From positions 1,178,001-1,242,000 of the forward strand of contig JAWMAR010000155.1 in NCBI GenBank assembly GCA_036785375.1: a DNA stretch of 64,000 nucleotides, written 5' to 3'. The position numbers and the translations under genes are program-made. The notes beneath the pieces were generated by a model. That model searched no databases. It had not been told where the DNA came from and worked only from the letters and a program-made list of their open reading frames with translations. Shown here piece after piece: positions 29,201-42,360 of this stretch; positions within the stretch are counted from its first letter, which is position 1, and every line of letters starts with the position of its first letter. This DNA is from Leucoraja ocellata (lineage: Eukaryota).

Positions 29201-32200
29201 TATCTGTCCATTGCCTTCGCAGTTGCGATAAATTTATGTATATATTCCCAATCTCCATATTTATCCGCATGTACGTAAATTACCGGTATTACGTGTTACA
29301 GATATTCGATATTTATGAAAAATGCATTCGTATGTAAGACCTAGTTTACAAACTGTTCCATAACATTTCGTACAATATTAAAGATTCCAAAATCCAATGC
29401 GCTGCATTCAGTATTTTTATTCATACGGCAAACTATTGCACGTCACAGAATAAAATAATCGAGGAAACATGGGTAACTGAAATATATTTGCTGGAATTTT
29501 CTCTATCAAACGACAACAAAAGTGCATTTGGAGATATAAAAAATGATGGACGTACATATCCCTTCTGAGCACTTGAAATCACTTAATTAATATTCATACC
29601 GAATTTTTTTAAATCAAAATTTTGGACCATTGTATAAAAATAGTTTGTATTAACATTGCGATTAACATTATGAGCCATAAACTATTAGAGGCAATAAAAA
29701 TAACCCAATTCAACGTAAATATTGGCGCAAGATATTATTTGTTGCGTAGTGTAAAAACAACCGCCTGACTTCACAGGAAGTTAGCGGAAGAATAATGTGT
29801 CTGTTTTGGGCGCTGGTGTTTCTGGGAATACGTTGATAAATATTTCCATCAATGTTGCAAATTTTGAAAGGCATTTTAGTTTAAAAAGATCAACATTGAT
29901 TACACATCCCTTTTAACTATTCAATTATGACATATTTCCCAAACTTTTTCTAAGGTAGGGGCAACGTGAGAGCATGGGTTTTACAATTAACTAAGGCATC
30001 TGCAGCTTCATATCTTTGCGATTATAATCGTTAATAGCTGGCATTAATTGAAATAATTCTTAATTTATGTTCTTCACTGAATTATAACCAATGGTTCTAA
30101 ATCCAACCACTTAGTGTAAAATTAAATCTACAAGAAGACAATTTATTTTATGTAATCTGATTTTCTTTGTACGTCTTTACTTATTTAATTCGCATCCAGT
30201 CTAAAAAAAATCCGTTCCATTCGATGATGCTCTGATAGCAAATTACTAAATGAGGAAAAAATAAAAATCTAAATTACTTATGCTTAATGACTGTAGCCGA
30301 ACGCCTGTTTCACTAAATCAGATTGTCTTCTTTGCTATTTACTTTGATAGATTTGCAGGCTATATTGCTTCCACTAACTTAGCTACGCTTGTTGGAACTG
30401 TTAGGCTTTGTTCTTCATTGTAGCTTGCATGACCGCCCCATTAAGCAGACAACATATCAACAGACAACACAAATCATGATGCTAGCTAAAGTTACGAATT
30501 CCCGTGATGTCCATGGAGTACACAACAGAAACTGACCTTCCGGGGGATGAGATTGATAGTTTCACTGTGTTTTTTTAAGAGTAGAGTTAGCAAGGCCAGG
30601 GCTATATGGTAAGTAGGCGGGTTTGACAGAAAATATAATTTCATATGGTCCAGGAACTGTAATGTAGCATTAAATGCAATTAGATTCATAAACATTAGTT
30701 CAGCAATCATACTCTGAAATATGATGTTTGTATTTTATAACATCTTAATGAAATAGTCTTAACTTATTAATAGGCATTTCGCCGAATGCTGATTTTGCCC
30801 AGCGAAGATAAGCTTCATCCAATATTTTTAGTAATTAATTGGCTTGCATACTATTTAAAAAAAAACGAGTGTCATGTTAGTGAATAATAGCACTTTTGAA
30901 AATAATCTTTACAGCAGCTGGTAACAGTCAGCCATAGCAGTGTTGAAAGTAAAATCAAATCATAGAGCGCCACCTTGCAGAGAGAAGGATTGCGAGATTT
31001 CTGAAGGCAGAGTGAGCAGCGAGTGGGTTGGAGCTTCACAGAGCAATAACATTAAAAAGGCCATTCACATCCAGGCACACGTATAGCTGTATTCCCCACC
31101 CCCATTTCTGGATCAGAGCGGTAGAAACATCAAAATCAGAATGTGGAATAAAAGTACACGAAAAAACCCACATAACCCATTTAAAACAATTCAATGCATG
31201 TTTCGTGTAAGCATTTAACACGGGTTACGTAAATGCACAGCATTGCAATACCGCTCCCCACCCCACCCCCTCTCCAACTCCCAGCCATATCGTACAGGGG
31301 AGCTTACTGTTTGTAAACATTTTTGTTTTAACTGGTTCCACTGCCCGTTACTAGAAAGGACATTGCCACTACAAATTATAAGTGTTGTCCTAATAATTTC
31401 TGACACATCAATAAAAGAAGCAGATTCATTTTTGGCGCCCGTGCGAGGTTCACCACTGGTAAGATAAACATTGCGGGAAAGACGCAACGCGTTTTGGATC
31501 CGGCCTGAAGGTTGAGATATTGCCCTAACACGATAGCGGATTTCCAAGTTCTAGCTCGTGGTAAATGTCCAATGCACATCCAGCTCACTCTATATACCCT
31601 TTTTTTTGCAGTTGCAAATGCGAAATATAATATTCATTACTACGCTGCTCGAAACCAATTGGTATTTTGTCTAAGATTAGGACTGTAGGGCGAGTAGATT
31701 GAAACCAAAGTTTGGCAAGCGTAACTTATCTGAATAGAAATGAAGCACCAACAACTATATTTTCAATTTCAGGTTATTACGAACAGCCAAATAGCTGTTT
31801 TTAATTGTACGACATCTCTCAAATGGGCCTGGACGTTGAAGACCAATCGTAATGGCCAACTATATTAAACCTTCTTGCTTAAATTCTATAATGGACATAA
31901 ATAATTATTGTTATCGTTTCATAATTTATCAACTATGAACGCCTATGAAGTATTGAGATAGAATGAATTGTGCCACATTATTTAGCCGAAACTGTAGACC
32001 ACGTTTTCAATAGTCTTCTTAAGAAAATATCAATCCTCACCTATTTTTTGATATAGACGTACGTACTTTTTATTTTGCGGGGTGTTTTCATTTTCCGTGC
32101 TCTATTCATTTTCGGTTTTCCAAACACAACTCTTTTTTTTTTGTTATTGATATAATACTGGAAAAGGGGAAATAACAAAAGGGTCAGGATTTCATCGAGA

Positions 32201-35200
32201 ACGTTTATCTGCTCGCAGCGTTCTGAATACAGCGCATACATTGGTGCTTCTAATTAACGAGTTCTATCCTTAATATGGTGGGGCGAAAAAACTGAAGGCA
32301 TAACTATAATAATAATTGCAATGTCCTAACCTTGTCTGTGCGGATTGATTAGCCTGTATACTTTGGATCTAGGTGGGTTCCGGCTATCAGAAGTCTTCGC
32401 TGGCTTATTATGTTGCTCCATTTGTTCTTATTTTAGCAGCTAGTATCTGTTATAGTGCCACAGTCACAAAAACATCCTGTTTCATGTTGACGACTCGAAT
32501 CAATGCAGGTAAATAAGATTATAGGTACGTATTTGTAAAATATAAAGATTTCGCCGTGTACATTGTCACATACAAAACAAGTGTATGCAAAACGTGTAAA
32601 TAGCGACTGGCTTTTAAAACCGCGCTTGGAACTTTTTGCCTTTTATATTTCCCTACTTAATCGAAGAAAGCAAATTGGCTGCCATGGGCTCCTGAGAGCT
32701 ATGCAATCCAATAACTAAAGAAACACGATCAGCCTGTGGAATATCACTGCTATTTTTAACATGCAGCTGGAAGCTGTCATCAATTTGTAATATTTATTCC
32801 ATCGCACGGAGTTTCCAGATGACGCACTCTACACAAAAAAAGAATTAAGTGGAATTAGTATCAAAAACATGCTACAATTCGCGTTTTAAATCCTGCCACG
32901 TTAACATTAACAGATTCGCCGACGCGATAGTTAAAGGAAAATAAATGGTTTGGCTGCTATATATTTTTTTTTCTCGCGCTCTTTATCCCAAATGATTTTT
33001 GCCTCACAGAGAAATTTGCTTTAGTAAACCAAAATATATTTCTGGTACTTCTGTCTGGTGGAGTAACCGTGAGTTGTGGAACATGCGCAGTACGCTTGGC
33101 CAACAGTGCCGCACGTGCTGGTGAATATTTATTACAACCAGCATCTCCTGACCTTATAGCAAAGGCTGTCCACTGATTCCGTGCAGGACAAATTAGTTGC
33201 CAGTCACTTACGGCAGCTATTAATACAGGTTAATGTGATACCACAATAATTAAATCTGCATAAATTATGATACTTTAAATATCCTCGCATCGATATTTAC
33301 AATCGCAGTCGATACTCACGCAGAATTAAAATGTTACTTTCCCCAGTTCCTCGATGTACAACATTTATCCAAATCAAGTCGTTTAATTTATTGATGTACG
33401 TATTTTAACATTTCAGCTGGTTTGCGTAAGAGTGTTATGAGCGTCAGTTGTCTGTTCAAAAACACCGACCTGAAATCTTTATACATGATGGAATAACGCT
33501 CATATGAAAACTACATTTTAAAAATGTTGACGAAGAACATATTTGGACCTTATCAGAGTTTGGTAAAACGTTTCTGATATGTACAATTGCAAATTTTAAA
33601 CAGAACTACGATAGATAGATAAATATTCCTCATGTTAATTCTAGCTACTTTATCGATAGGTTGATAAAGTGTGATTTTATATCATGCATTAAGCCATAAT
33701 TTTAATGCTGTATATTCATTTGTTTGCGTGTATGTGTGACCATATATTATATTTACATAGCTGACGATTATATGATAATGATACGATTATCATTGGTATT
33801 TTATGGAACTATGATTGCAGATCATATGTCAGAACAATAAATAATCTGGTCTATTGAATTTGACTGTTCGCTAGGCCCAGTTCAAGTAATACGTCAATTT
33901 ACACTCGCTTTCTTAATAACCATTTAATAAATATAACATCGTTTAACAATATTTCAGTTTTAATTGTCGTGTTTTATAAACGCTCTCATGTTATGTTTAA
34001 TATAGATTTCAGCGAGAACATTGAAACATATTATTAATCATCGTATGACCAAGAAATATGCCGTTGCAATAACTATAAATGTAAGTCCGCAAAAATATAG
34101 CAACTCCAACCAATATAAAAGGAAAACCAATCGGTGATTTGTTGTTTGCTGCATTTCCCCCCTCGCTTAATCTATCTGGCAATGAACACCACAGATTCCA
34201 ACTGTATTCAGCAATTGATTGACGCACAAGGACTTAATGTGGATTAAAAAAAAAAAAAGTTATAATATGATATTCCCTTCAGGATACACCCGTGTTGTTT
34301 GGTTTGCCGTGGTCGTAATATTACAAATAGCTTTTACTAAGAATTGAGAATGTATAACCATCGTAATGTTAACAACGGGGTCGCATGTAAATAATCTGCA
34401 AGCAAGATGAATTTATGGTGTTTTTGATATTTTAATGTAGGATTTTCCGCCGGTTTGCCTCGACAGGATTACGAATCTATTGGAGGTAAACCTACATTAT
34501 ATAACGTTGACGTTGTAAGTTGATTTTTCTTTACTTTTAAGCAGCTAATTTCGGTCCCAGAGCAGCTATTAACCAATACCAAATACATTGCATTTTATCG
34601 CGTGCATTAGGCAAATATTTAAGAATAACACTTGTAACACAAATACGTCCGCCGTGTAAAAATCAACAGACAGTTATAAATTCGGCAGAAATGAATATTG
34701 CTATTACTGACTGGTGTCTGAGATTTAATTATTGATGCTGCTGTATTAACGTATTTTCAATAGTAATTATTGAATGTTAGTAATTGAACTGTATATTTGC
34801 TCAAATATCACATTATGTCCAAATATTACAAACACACGTGAGTACGACGTATAAGGTGTTAAAAGCTTATTTTTACTGATCCCAAGAACGATAATAATCT
34901 ATGGATTCGGACGTGATGATAATGTGCTTATAATCATCAATGAGATTTACGCATGTTTTATAATATACATAGAATGTGCATTTGATAACGGATATTCTAA
35001 TTTTCAAACGATCTAGCATTGTCTTTCCATCCAACCAACATTTCGAAAGGTTCCCCTTTGCAAACCCACAACACTTTACCAACAAGTTTTTCACCTATCA
35101 TGAAGAACCTTATTTATTGCTTTTATACATTAAAAAATCCTATGCCACATTTCAGATATATACGCCGTGGTTATGTTGTCAATTGCTCAGATTATTTTCC

Positions 35201-35862
35201 TCCACATGATCCTTAGGCAGCAGAAACAGAAACTACTTTACGTTAGAAATTGACATTGAAAACCGTTTGGGTAATCAATGACTATGTGGCCAATTGAAGA
35301 TTGTGAAGCGCCACGAGTTTGGATGTTTTATTTTTCCCGATTGATAAATGACGGGCTGAATCTAATAGCAAAAATGACGGAATTTATTTTAATTTCCCAC
35401 TAAATTATTTCCAAATTTGTCATCATTATATTTGCAAATGTTACGTCTGCATATTGTTGACTATATGTTGCATTGGCATTTTCATAAATTTGGAAGAAGA
35501 CTGCGAGGAGGTTCTATGCTATAAAATACATTTTGCGATTTATGTAACCACAATGAATGTATTAACGAAAGATGAATGCAATTTCTACAAATTCGCCCCT
35601 GCGATGTCCATTGGTTAAATTACAAAACTACTTCGTTTTGGCTTGTTGGTAAGGAAGGTTTCTACTTTACACTAAGGGTGTGCAGAATGTTGCAAATATT
35701 GATTGCGCCGATACTTATTAATAACTACAAAGTATTATAAAAAAACAAGAAAATGTTACATTTATCAACCATGAATTTCAGTACCTTTTGCATATAACTT
35801 AATGGAAATGAAAAGTAGAGTTGTTTTATAGTGGAAATAAGTAGTTTGTAGAGATGGACATT

Positions 35863-36081
35863 CATGAGGCAATGAAAAGAAACGCAGGAATGGAGATGCA
35901 CATTGGATCTGTATAGTTCTCTCTCGCTGTATATGTACATATATACAATCACATATAATGTTATTATATGATATATACATATATATATATGCAGTTCGTT
36001 CCTACACACACACAGCTAGCTAACTAGCTATACTGATCCAATGCACATCTGCATCCCTGCGTTTCTTTTCATTCCCTCGTG
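35863..36081. repeat. Imperfect inverted repeat, 54-bp arms with an AT-rich spacer
   Basis: 35863-35916 vs reverse complement of 36028-36081: 47/54 matches. Confidence 0.85.
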
Positions 36082-36439
36082 ATGCCGGGTGAAAGATCAC
36101 CCTTAATAACTCACTTGCCTGCACTCGACGTGCACTTCGCATCTATCCCTCTGCATGTTGTTTTTTTTATTGTTTTACTGTGGAGAAAACTTTACGAATG
36201 AACTTTTCGATTCCTTGTATTTGTGCACAGCTAATTTACATTAACGTGAATTACATTAACGGGGCATTGTATAGTATTCTCAATGTTAAAATTACGAACG
36301 GAATGCAATTTTGCACGACTTGTTTCTTTTGCAGAATGTTGCACTTTTGCAAAGGATAAAGCTGTAGGAAGCAAGTTGCAGTGCTTCCACCTGCATGAGG
36401 AGACCAGGTCGGCTGTGGAGGCTCCTGACTAACAACTGG

Positions 36440-36665
36440 CCCAGGTACAGGGCACCTGCGCGTTCTTGCTGCCTCGCCATCTAATCACGTAACCCCCCCA
36501 CTCCTCGATAACGGTTGAATCACGCGGCGCCGCTCCAGTCCTGGTCTGCGCATGACCCGCGCCTTCCCGCCTAAATGCCCCGCGAGCCGCGGGCGTCAAC
36601 CGCCTAGTTCGAGCTCCTTCCATCCCTCATTCATCAAGGACACCCTTGGCCATTCAGGTCGTTCG
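36440..36665. promoter_or_regulatory. Small orphan CpG island, promoter-like element
   Basis: GC- and CpG-dense. NRF1-like TGCGCATG at 36547-36554 and YY1-like CGCCATCT at 36475-36482. Confidence 0.5.
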
Positions 36666-36707
36666 CCAAAACGTTCACTTCTGGTGTATTTCCTTTAAAT
36701 TTTCAGC

Positions 36708-37030
36708 AGGATCCAATCTTTTTGGCACACCTTGTGTCACCCAGTGGAGTAGTAACCAAGATCCAACATTCTGGCACACATTATGTCACCCAGTGGAGTG
36801 TTAGCATAATTCAATCTTCTGACACATCTTGTTTAACCAAGTTTAGTTTAGAAATACAGCTGGAAAAAGCACCCATAGTCAGGACCAATCCTGTGTCTCT
36901 GGTACTGTGAGGCAGCAACTCTACTGCTGCACCACTGTGCCACCCACTGGGGTCCACTGGAGCATCCATTGGAGTAGTTTGCAGGATCCAATCTTCTGGC
37001 ACAGCTTGTGTTACACACTGGAGTAGTTAC
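36708..37030. repeat. ~50-bp degenerate tandem repeat interrupted by a SINE fragment
   Basis: Unit aggatccaatcttctggcacaccttgtgtcacccagtggagtagtaacc at 36708, 36758, ~36808 (partial) and 36983. Confidence 0.75.
36841..36945 (-). mobile_element. tRNA-derived SINE, internally deleted
   Basis: Minus strand gtggcacagtggtgcagcagtagagttgctgcctcacag... (A-box-like head) joined to a (ctaaa)n-type tail. Confidence 0.65.
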
Positions 37031-37705
37031 CATACGGATAAGGTTAGTAACCCTGGAATGAGTTGATTCATTGCAACCAACAGATATCATCACAACCTCA
37101 TCTCCATATATACATCTGGTGGAAATGTGCTTGAGATCATGTCCCCACTCCTGACCTGGAATGGCCATTGTGTTACACAGAAACCCCAAACTCACTGATA
37201 AAATATGATACAGTCAAGAGCAATAAGAAGCCATCATCAATGATGCCAAATCAAAATATTGCAGATACCGGAAATATTAACTGAGAAAAAATATATTGCT
37301 GGCAGCATTTAGCACCACAGAAGAGAGGAATAATGCTAATTTTTCTGTAGTCTGACGTAAGAACTGGTGTAGTCACACCTTCTCTACAACAAAATTGTGG
37401 CCGAAGCAGCAGCTTTACACCTAGCCAACAGAGGGAGAACCTTGTCACACCCTTAAACATACCCACGTCCAGAAAAACCTCTCCAAGAATATGCTGGAAG
37501 CAGACAAGTGGAGTCTAGCTTAAAACATGGCTGTCTGTTCATTGCAACTAGAGGAGGCTAGAAAATCTTATGAGTGAGAAAAGAACGCAAGGTGCTACTT
37601 TTTTTGCAGTTGTATGTAGAAGTGTGAAATAAGGCAACAGAAATTATAACAATAACTATACTGAAATTATGACAATGGCTGGCCTATTTTTTAATTTTAG
37701 TTACA

Positions 37706-37835
37706 TTTAGTTTAGAGATATAACAGAAACAGGCCCTTCAGCCTACCGAGTCATGACCACCCATACAAAAGTTCTGTCCTACATGCTGGGGAAAATGTCT
37801 GGAAACCTATTAACCTACAAGCCCTCACATCTTTG
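37706..37835 (-). mobile_element. SINE 3' fragment with CR1-like tail
   Basis: tttagtttagagata...gaaacaggcccttcagcc is the reverse complement of a LINE-related 3' end. Confidence 0.55.
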
Positions 37836-39619
37836 CAAGGTATAACTTGTGTGCCAAGAGTAGTTTTTATCTGTCACGATTTGACAAAATAAATTAATAC
37901 ACTGTTAATAGACCCACAAGGCATTTGAGGGTGATAAAAGCAAAGGAATTTTTTGTGGTTTCAAATAAAATTAAGGATAATTAACTTCTAAGATATTGGA
38001 ACAGAGAAACGAGACTGACTAGATTTCTATGCTGAGATCTTGTGTGTACTTGATAAACCTAGAAGCTTCTTCCAAAAATTCATTGATGTTTAACAATAGA
38101 AAGATCAACAACAAGCTACAAAAATTGGATTCAGTCTTGAGTAACAGCAGAAACTGAAATGCCAGCAATGTCATTAAACATCTCAACCCTCGGACATTAG
38201 GGCAAAATGTCTTGATCGTTGGATAGAGATTTTTGCCTTGGAAACTTGAGAATTGTTCTGGGTAAATCAACAGTACCTTCAGAGATTTAAACCCATGGAA
38301 CATTGAACTTGCTTGCCTTGCAGTGAATAGTTTGATGCCAGCCAATGAACTGGATGGTTTCCAGCAGACATTTCTGGACATTTCTAGCTGCCAAACCAAG
38401 ATAAAATGGTTCACAAGGCTTAAACACGAGATATCCTTAATTTAGTTATTAGGCAATGGGATTTTATGACAGCACAAAAAGACAAATTACATTCACTGGG
38501 CAGGTATGATCAATAAGGAAGAACAATATTTGGTGGAGCAGAATTGATAGTATCCTGCACATGTTCCTCGTTCTGCTTTTAATGCAATTGATTGCACATT
38601 ATGCTCTTAAACCACCATCACAATAGTGATCCAAACTGAGCTAGAATTAGTAAGGATAGAAATACCGTAAATAGTGAGGTTCCTAATGCAATGATTCTTG
38701 CAGTCTAGTTCAATATTCTTTTTAACATTTGAATTATACATATATTGAATATATATATATATAACATCCAGTGGCATTTATCTCAAAAATTGATACATTC
38801 CGTTGTTAATATTGAAGAAACAATTGCAGCTGATCGAATTTCTAAGGTAAGGTAGTCAAAAATATATTTAAAAAAAAGAGAATTCATATTATTGTAAATG
38901 TCAAGCAGGTATTGAAAGTTAATTTTGAAATCTTATTCTTGAAATTGAAAATGTTTATAAAATAATTTACAAACATTGGTATATAAATGATGTCCCCATT
39001 GTTCAGATAAAAATAATGTTATTATATAATTTGGTTCAATGATAGTCTTGACTGTATCAATTTCAGCATTGTTGGCAGCCCACAGCAAAGATAGATCAGT
39101 TTTGCATTTTACTTTCTCATTGAATATATAACTTTAAATAAGTTAAGATTTTAAGCTGCAACATTTTGTTGTCTGTGTTACACAGGATTTGTGTCAAGAA
39201 AGTTTCATCTAACTGGAGGTGAGCTCTATTATTTTGGACACTTATTGTGGAATTAAATAATCATACCATTTTTTACATGTCTCAATGAGTCTTCATTATA
39301 GTTGATAAATGAACTTGATATAGGATTGAAATAACTGGACATGCATTTATGGTTATTGGTGCATTTATTCATGCTCTGCACAAGATTTTAATGGCAACAA
39401 TATCTGCAGTTCATATTCTCACTTAGTTCTCAGTGTGAAATTCTTATTTGCTACATGTTGTATTTTGATGCTTACAACATAACTATCTTGGAATATAGTT
39501 TACATTTCATTTAACTTCCATATATTCATTTAAATCCACTAAAAGCCCAATGATCTGCTATGCTTAGGAGGGTGCAAGGGGTGCAATGCAGTTGAATGGA
39601 AGATCAGGAATGGATCCGT

Positions 39620-40550
39620 ATCTTTATTGGTGACAGCAGGGAAGAAGCTGTTCCTGAATCTGCTGGCACATGCTTTCATCCATTTGTATCTTCTGGCTGA
39701 AGATAGAGAGAGAGTGACTGGGGTGTGAAGTATTTCTTTACATTGGCTGTTTTCCTGAGGCAGCTGGAAATATAGACGTTGTTGATGGGAGAGAGGCTGA
39801 TGGGCTAGGCTGCGCTCACAACTCTCTGCAACATCTTGTGGTCTTAGGAGAGCCGTTGTGATTCAATGGGATAAGATGCTTTCTGTTGTTCAAATATAGA
39901 AATTGGTAAGAGTAATTGGAGATGTTGAATTTTCTTTGCCTTCTCAGGCTCGAAGGTGCAGGCTCGAAGGGCCAAATGACCTCCTCCTGCACCTATTTTC
40001 TATGTTTCTCAGGATGTGGAGGTGATGGAGTGGTTTTGGCCATAATATCAATATTTTGGAGATGATCAAATAAGAATGAGCCAATCTTCCTGTTCATTTG
40101 ATATCAGAGTGCACTATATTGAGTTAAGTAGTTGCAATTACGACTGTGAGGTGGGGCCAAACTTAGTTTAGTTTATTAGTGTTTTGTTTATTATTGTCAC
40201 GTGTACTGAGGCACAGTGAAAAGCTTTTTTGTTGTTGTGTGCTATCCAGTCAGCAAAAAGTTTATACATGATTAGAATCAAGACATCCAGTGTACAGATA
40301 CAGGATGAAGAGAATAATACTCAGTTCAAAATAAAGTCCATTAAAGTCCGACAGTCTGAGGGTCTCCAATGAGGTAGATCCTAGGTCAGGACCACTCTCT
40401 AGTTAGTTATAGGATGGTTTAGTTACCTGATAACAGCTGATCAAGCCCATGTGATTTATCGATCATCATAGGCATGTCTATCTACATTCTCTCACCATAG
40501 AGGTTGGTGAGTGTTGTTGGAGACATGCCAAATTTCCTCAGCCTTCTAAA
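39620..40550 (-). mobile_element. Degraded Rex/Babar-like LINE pieces with a nested CR1 3' end (39945-40010, + strand)
   Basis: tgacagcagggaagaagctgttcctgaatctg is the reverse complement of the RFRNSFF-coding motif at 50385-50420. Tail tttattattgtcacgtgtac at ~40187-40206. The CR1 end ggctcgaagggccaaatgacctcctcctgcacctattttctatgtttc matches 55039-55088. Confidence 0.55.
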
Positions 40551-40728
40551 TTTTCAAAATTATTTGCTCTTTTAAATACCAATTCAAATGAAATGAAAGT
40601 CACCAGTGACAAAGTTGTGCAGTTACAGGAATTTGGTCATATGCAAAGGACACGTAATTCTATTTGGTGAAAGCATTTAATGCTGATTGTGTAGAATTCT
40701 ATCCAGAATAGGTTTGCTAGTGTGTCAA

Positions 40729-40824
40729 AGTCTGAAGAAGGGTCTCGACCCAAAACGTCGCCCATTCCTTCACTCCAGGGATGCTGCCTCACCCGCTGAG
40801 TTACTCCAGCATTTTGTGTCTACC
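40729..40824 (+). mobile_element. Short Penelope-derived insertion with hammerhead motif and 16-bp TSD
   Basis: Flanked by tttgctagtgtgtcaa (40713-40728 and 40825-40840). CTGAAGA-a-GGGTC-tc-GACCC-aaaacgtc (core GAAA mutated). Confidence 0.8.
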
Positions 40825-41081
40825 TTTGCTAGTGTGTCAAGTCAGGTGCAAAATTCAGCAAATGGTTGACAAAAAAAGTGAAATTGAATTTCATGTTTGC
40901 TACTGTATTTGAAGAGAGATTGCGCTGTGGCAAGCTTCCAATCATCTGGATGACCTCTCGGATAAATTATGTAGGTTAATCTGAACATAACTGATAATTT
41001 ATTTTAAAATTTTGGTAATAAGTTCATGTTTGTAAATATAAACATTGTAAGTAACTAAAACATAAACAGGCCTTCAAAGCA

Positions 41082-41167
41082 AGAAGGGTTTCGGCCCGAA
41101 ACGTTGCCTATTTCCTTCGCTCCATAGATGCTGCTGCACCCGCTGAGTTTCTCCAGCTTTTTTGTGT
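41082..41167 (+). mobile_element. Short Penelope-derived insertion with 13-bp TSD
   Basis: Flanked by ggccttcaaagca (41069-41081 and 41168-41180). Starts agaagggtttcggcccgaaacgtt. Confidence 0.8.
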
Positions 41168-41381
41168 GGCCTTCAAAGCATCCTGATTTTGTTTAAAAAA
41201 AAGTGCATATTATGTTTTTATGTATCTTTGTTAAATAGCAATACATTCTACCTATTTGGCTAATTATGTCTCGTATCTTGTATGCAGATAATACTGTGGA
41301 AGAGTTTTTGCCAGATCACAATGTATTTATGTTGTAACATAAGCAAAGATCTTTCAGAAATAAAAAAACTTTTATAAGATA

Positions 41382-41897
41382 CTAGCCAAGTGGGATCTCT
41401 GTCACATGGGAGGCCTGGTCCACCAACGCAACCCATTCCCCAACGCAATATTCCATCACTCACCCATAGCCAACAACTGCACAGGGGCTGCTCATTTCGC
41501 CTTATGCACCCTCCCTTCTTTTTAAACTTAAAAATGCACTTGCTAGCTGGCAGAACTCAGTGTCCTGTATATTTTTTTAAAAATGGATTTGCACTGGCTA
41601 GCTCGCAGAACTCAGTGTACTGTGACTTTAAAAAAATGCATTTGCTCTTGCTAGGGCTAGCAGAACTCAGTGTACTTGGATAGCAACAATGTTGCGAGCA
41701 GGGCTACAATCCCATTGTGACGTCACAGCTATAAGCAGTTATTTTTTTCCAAGTTTCTTCAGATATTTGACCATTTTGATTAATAACTCAAGAAATAATG
41801 CATGAATTTTTCAGATAGGGCGAATTTTGACTTCACGGATAAAACTCTACAGGAATATGTAAATTTTTTACCGTTAGAACGTGTAAAAAATTCTATT
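41382..41897 (-). mobile_element. Probable non-autonomous Helitron (3' end at 41382, other end lost in the gap)
   Basis: actagccaagtg resembles the reverse complement of the cacttggtctagt terminus at 49640-49652. Hairpin is degenerate. Confidence 0.45.
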
Positions 41898-42048
41898 NNN
41901 NNNNNNNNNNNNNNNNNNNNNNNNNNNNNNNNNNNNNNNNNNNNNNNNNNNNNNNNNNNNNNNNNNNNNNNNNNNNNNNNNNNNNNNNNNNNNNNNNNNN
42001 NNNNNNNNNNNNNNNNNNNNNNNNNNNNNNNNNNNNNNNNNNNNNNNN
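41898..42048. other. N run
   Basis: Directly visible. Confidence 0.95.
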
Positions 42049-42149
42049 TAAGGATTCAATGGCTTCAGGATATTTCAAAAGACATAATTCTGAACTGTTA
42101 TATATGGTAACGCACCAACCAATGTATATATAGAAGAGTCCGATGAACA

Positions 42150-42360
42150 GCAGGATGGTGGGTAAATGGAAGGATGTGCCAATAGAAGTAGCTGAGGCAG
42201 AAACAATGATAACATTTAAAATATATTTGGACAGGACTATTGATTGGAATGGTTTAGAGGGATATGGGCCGGGCATGGGCAAGTGAGACTAGCTAGGATA
42301 GGGTATTTTGGTTGGCATGGATGAGTTGAACCGAAGACCTATCTCCATGTTATATGACTC
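42150..42360 (+). mobile_element. CR1-type LINE 3' fragment
   Basis: ttggacagg...ggtttagagggatatgggcc...ttggttggcatggatgagttgaaccgaag, similar to the ends at 53540-53700 and 59000-59160. Confidence 0.7.

Noticed and set aside
36708-37030. CRISPR-like array
   Set aside because: The units are contiguous degenerate tandem repeats without unique spacers, the context is eukaryotic, and there are no cas genes.
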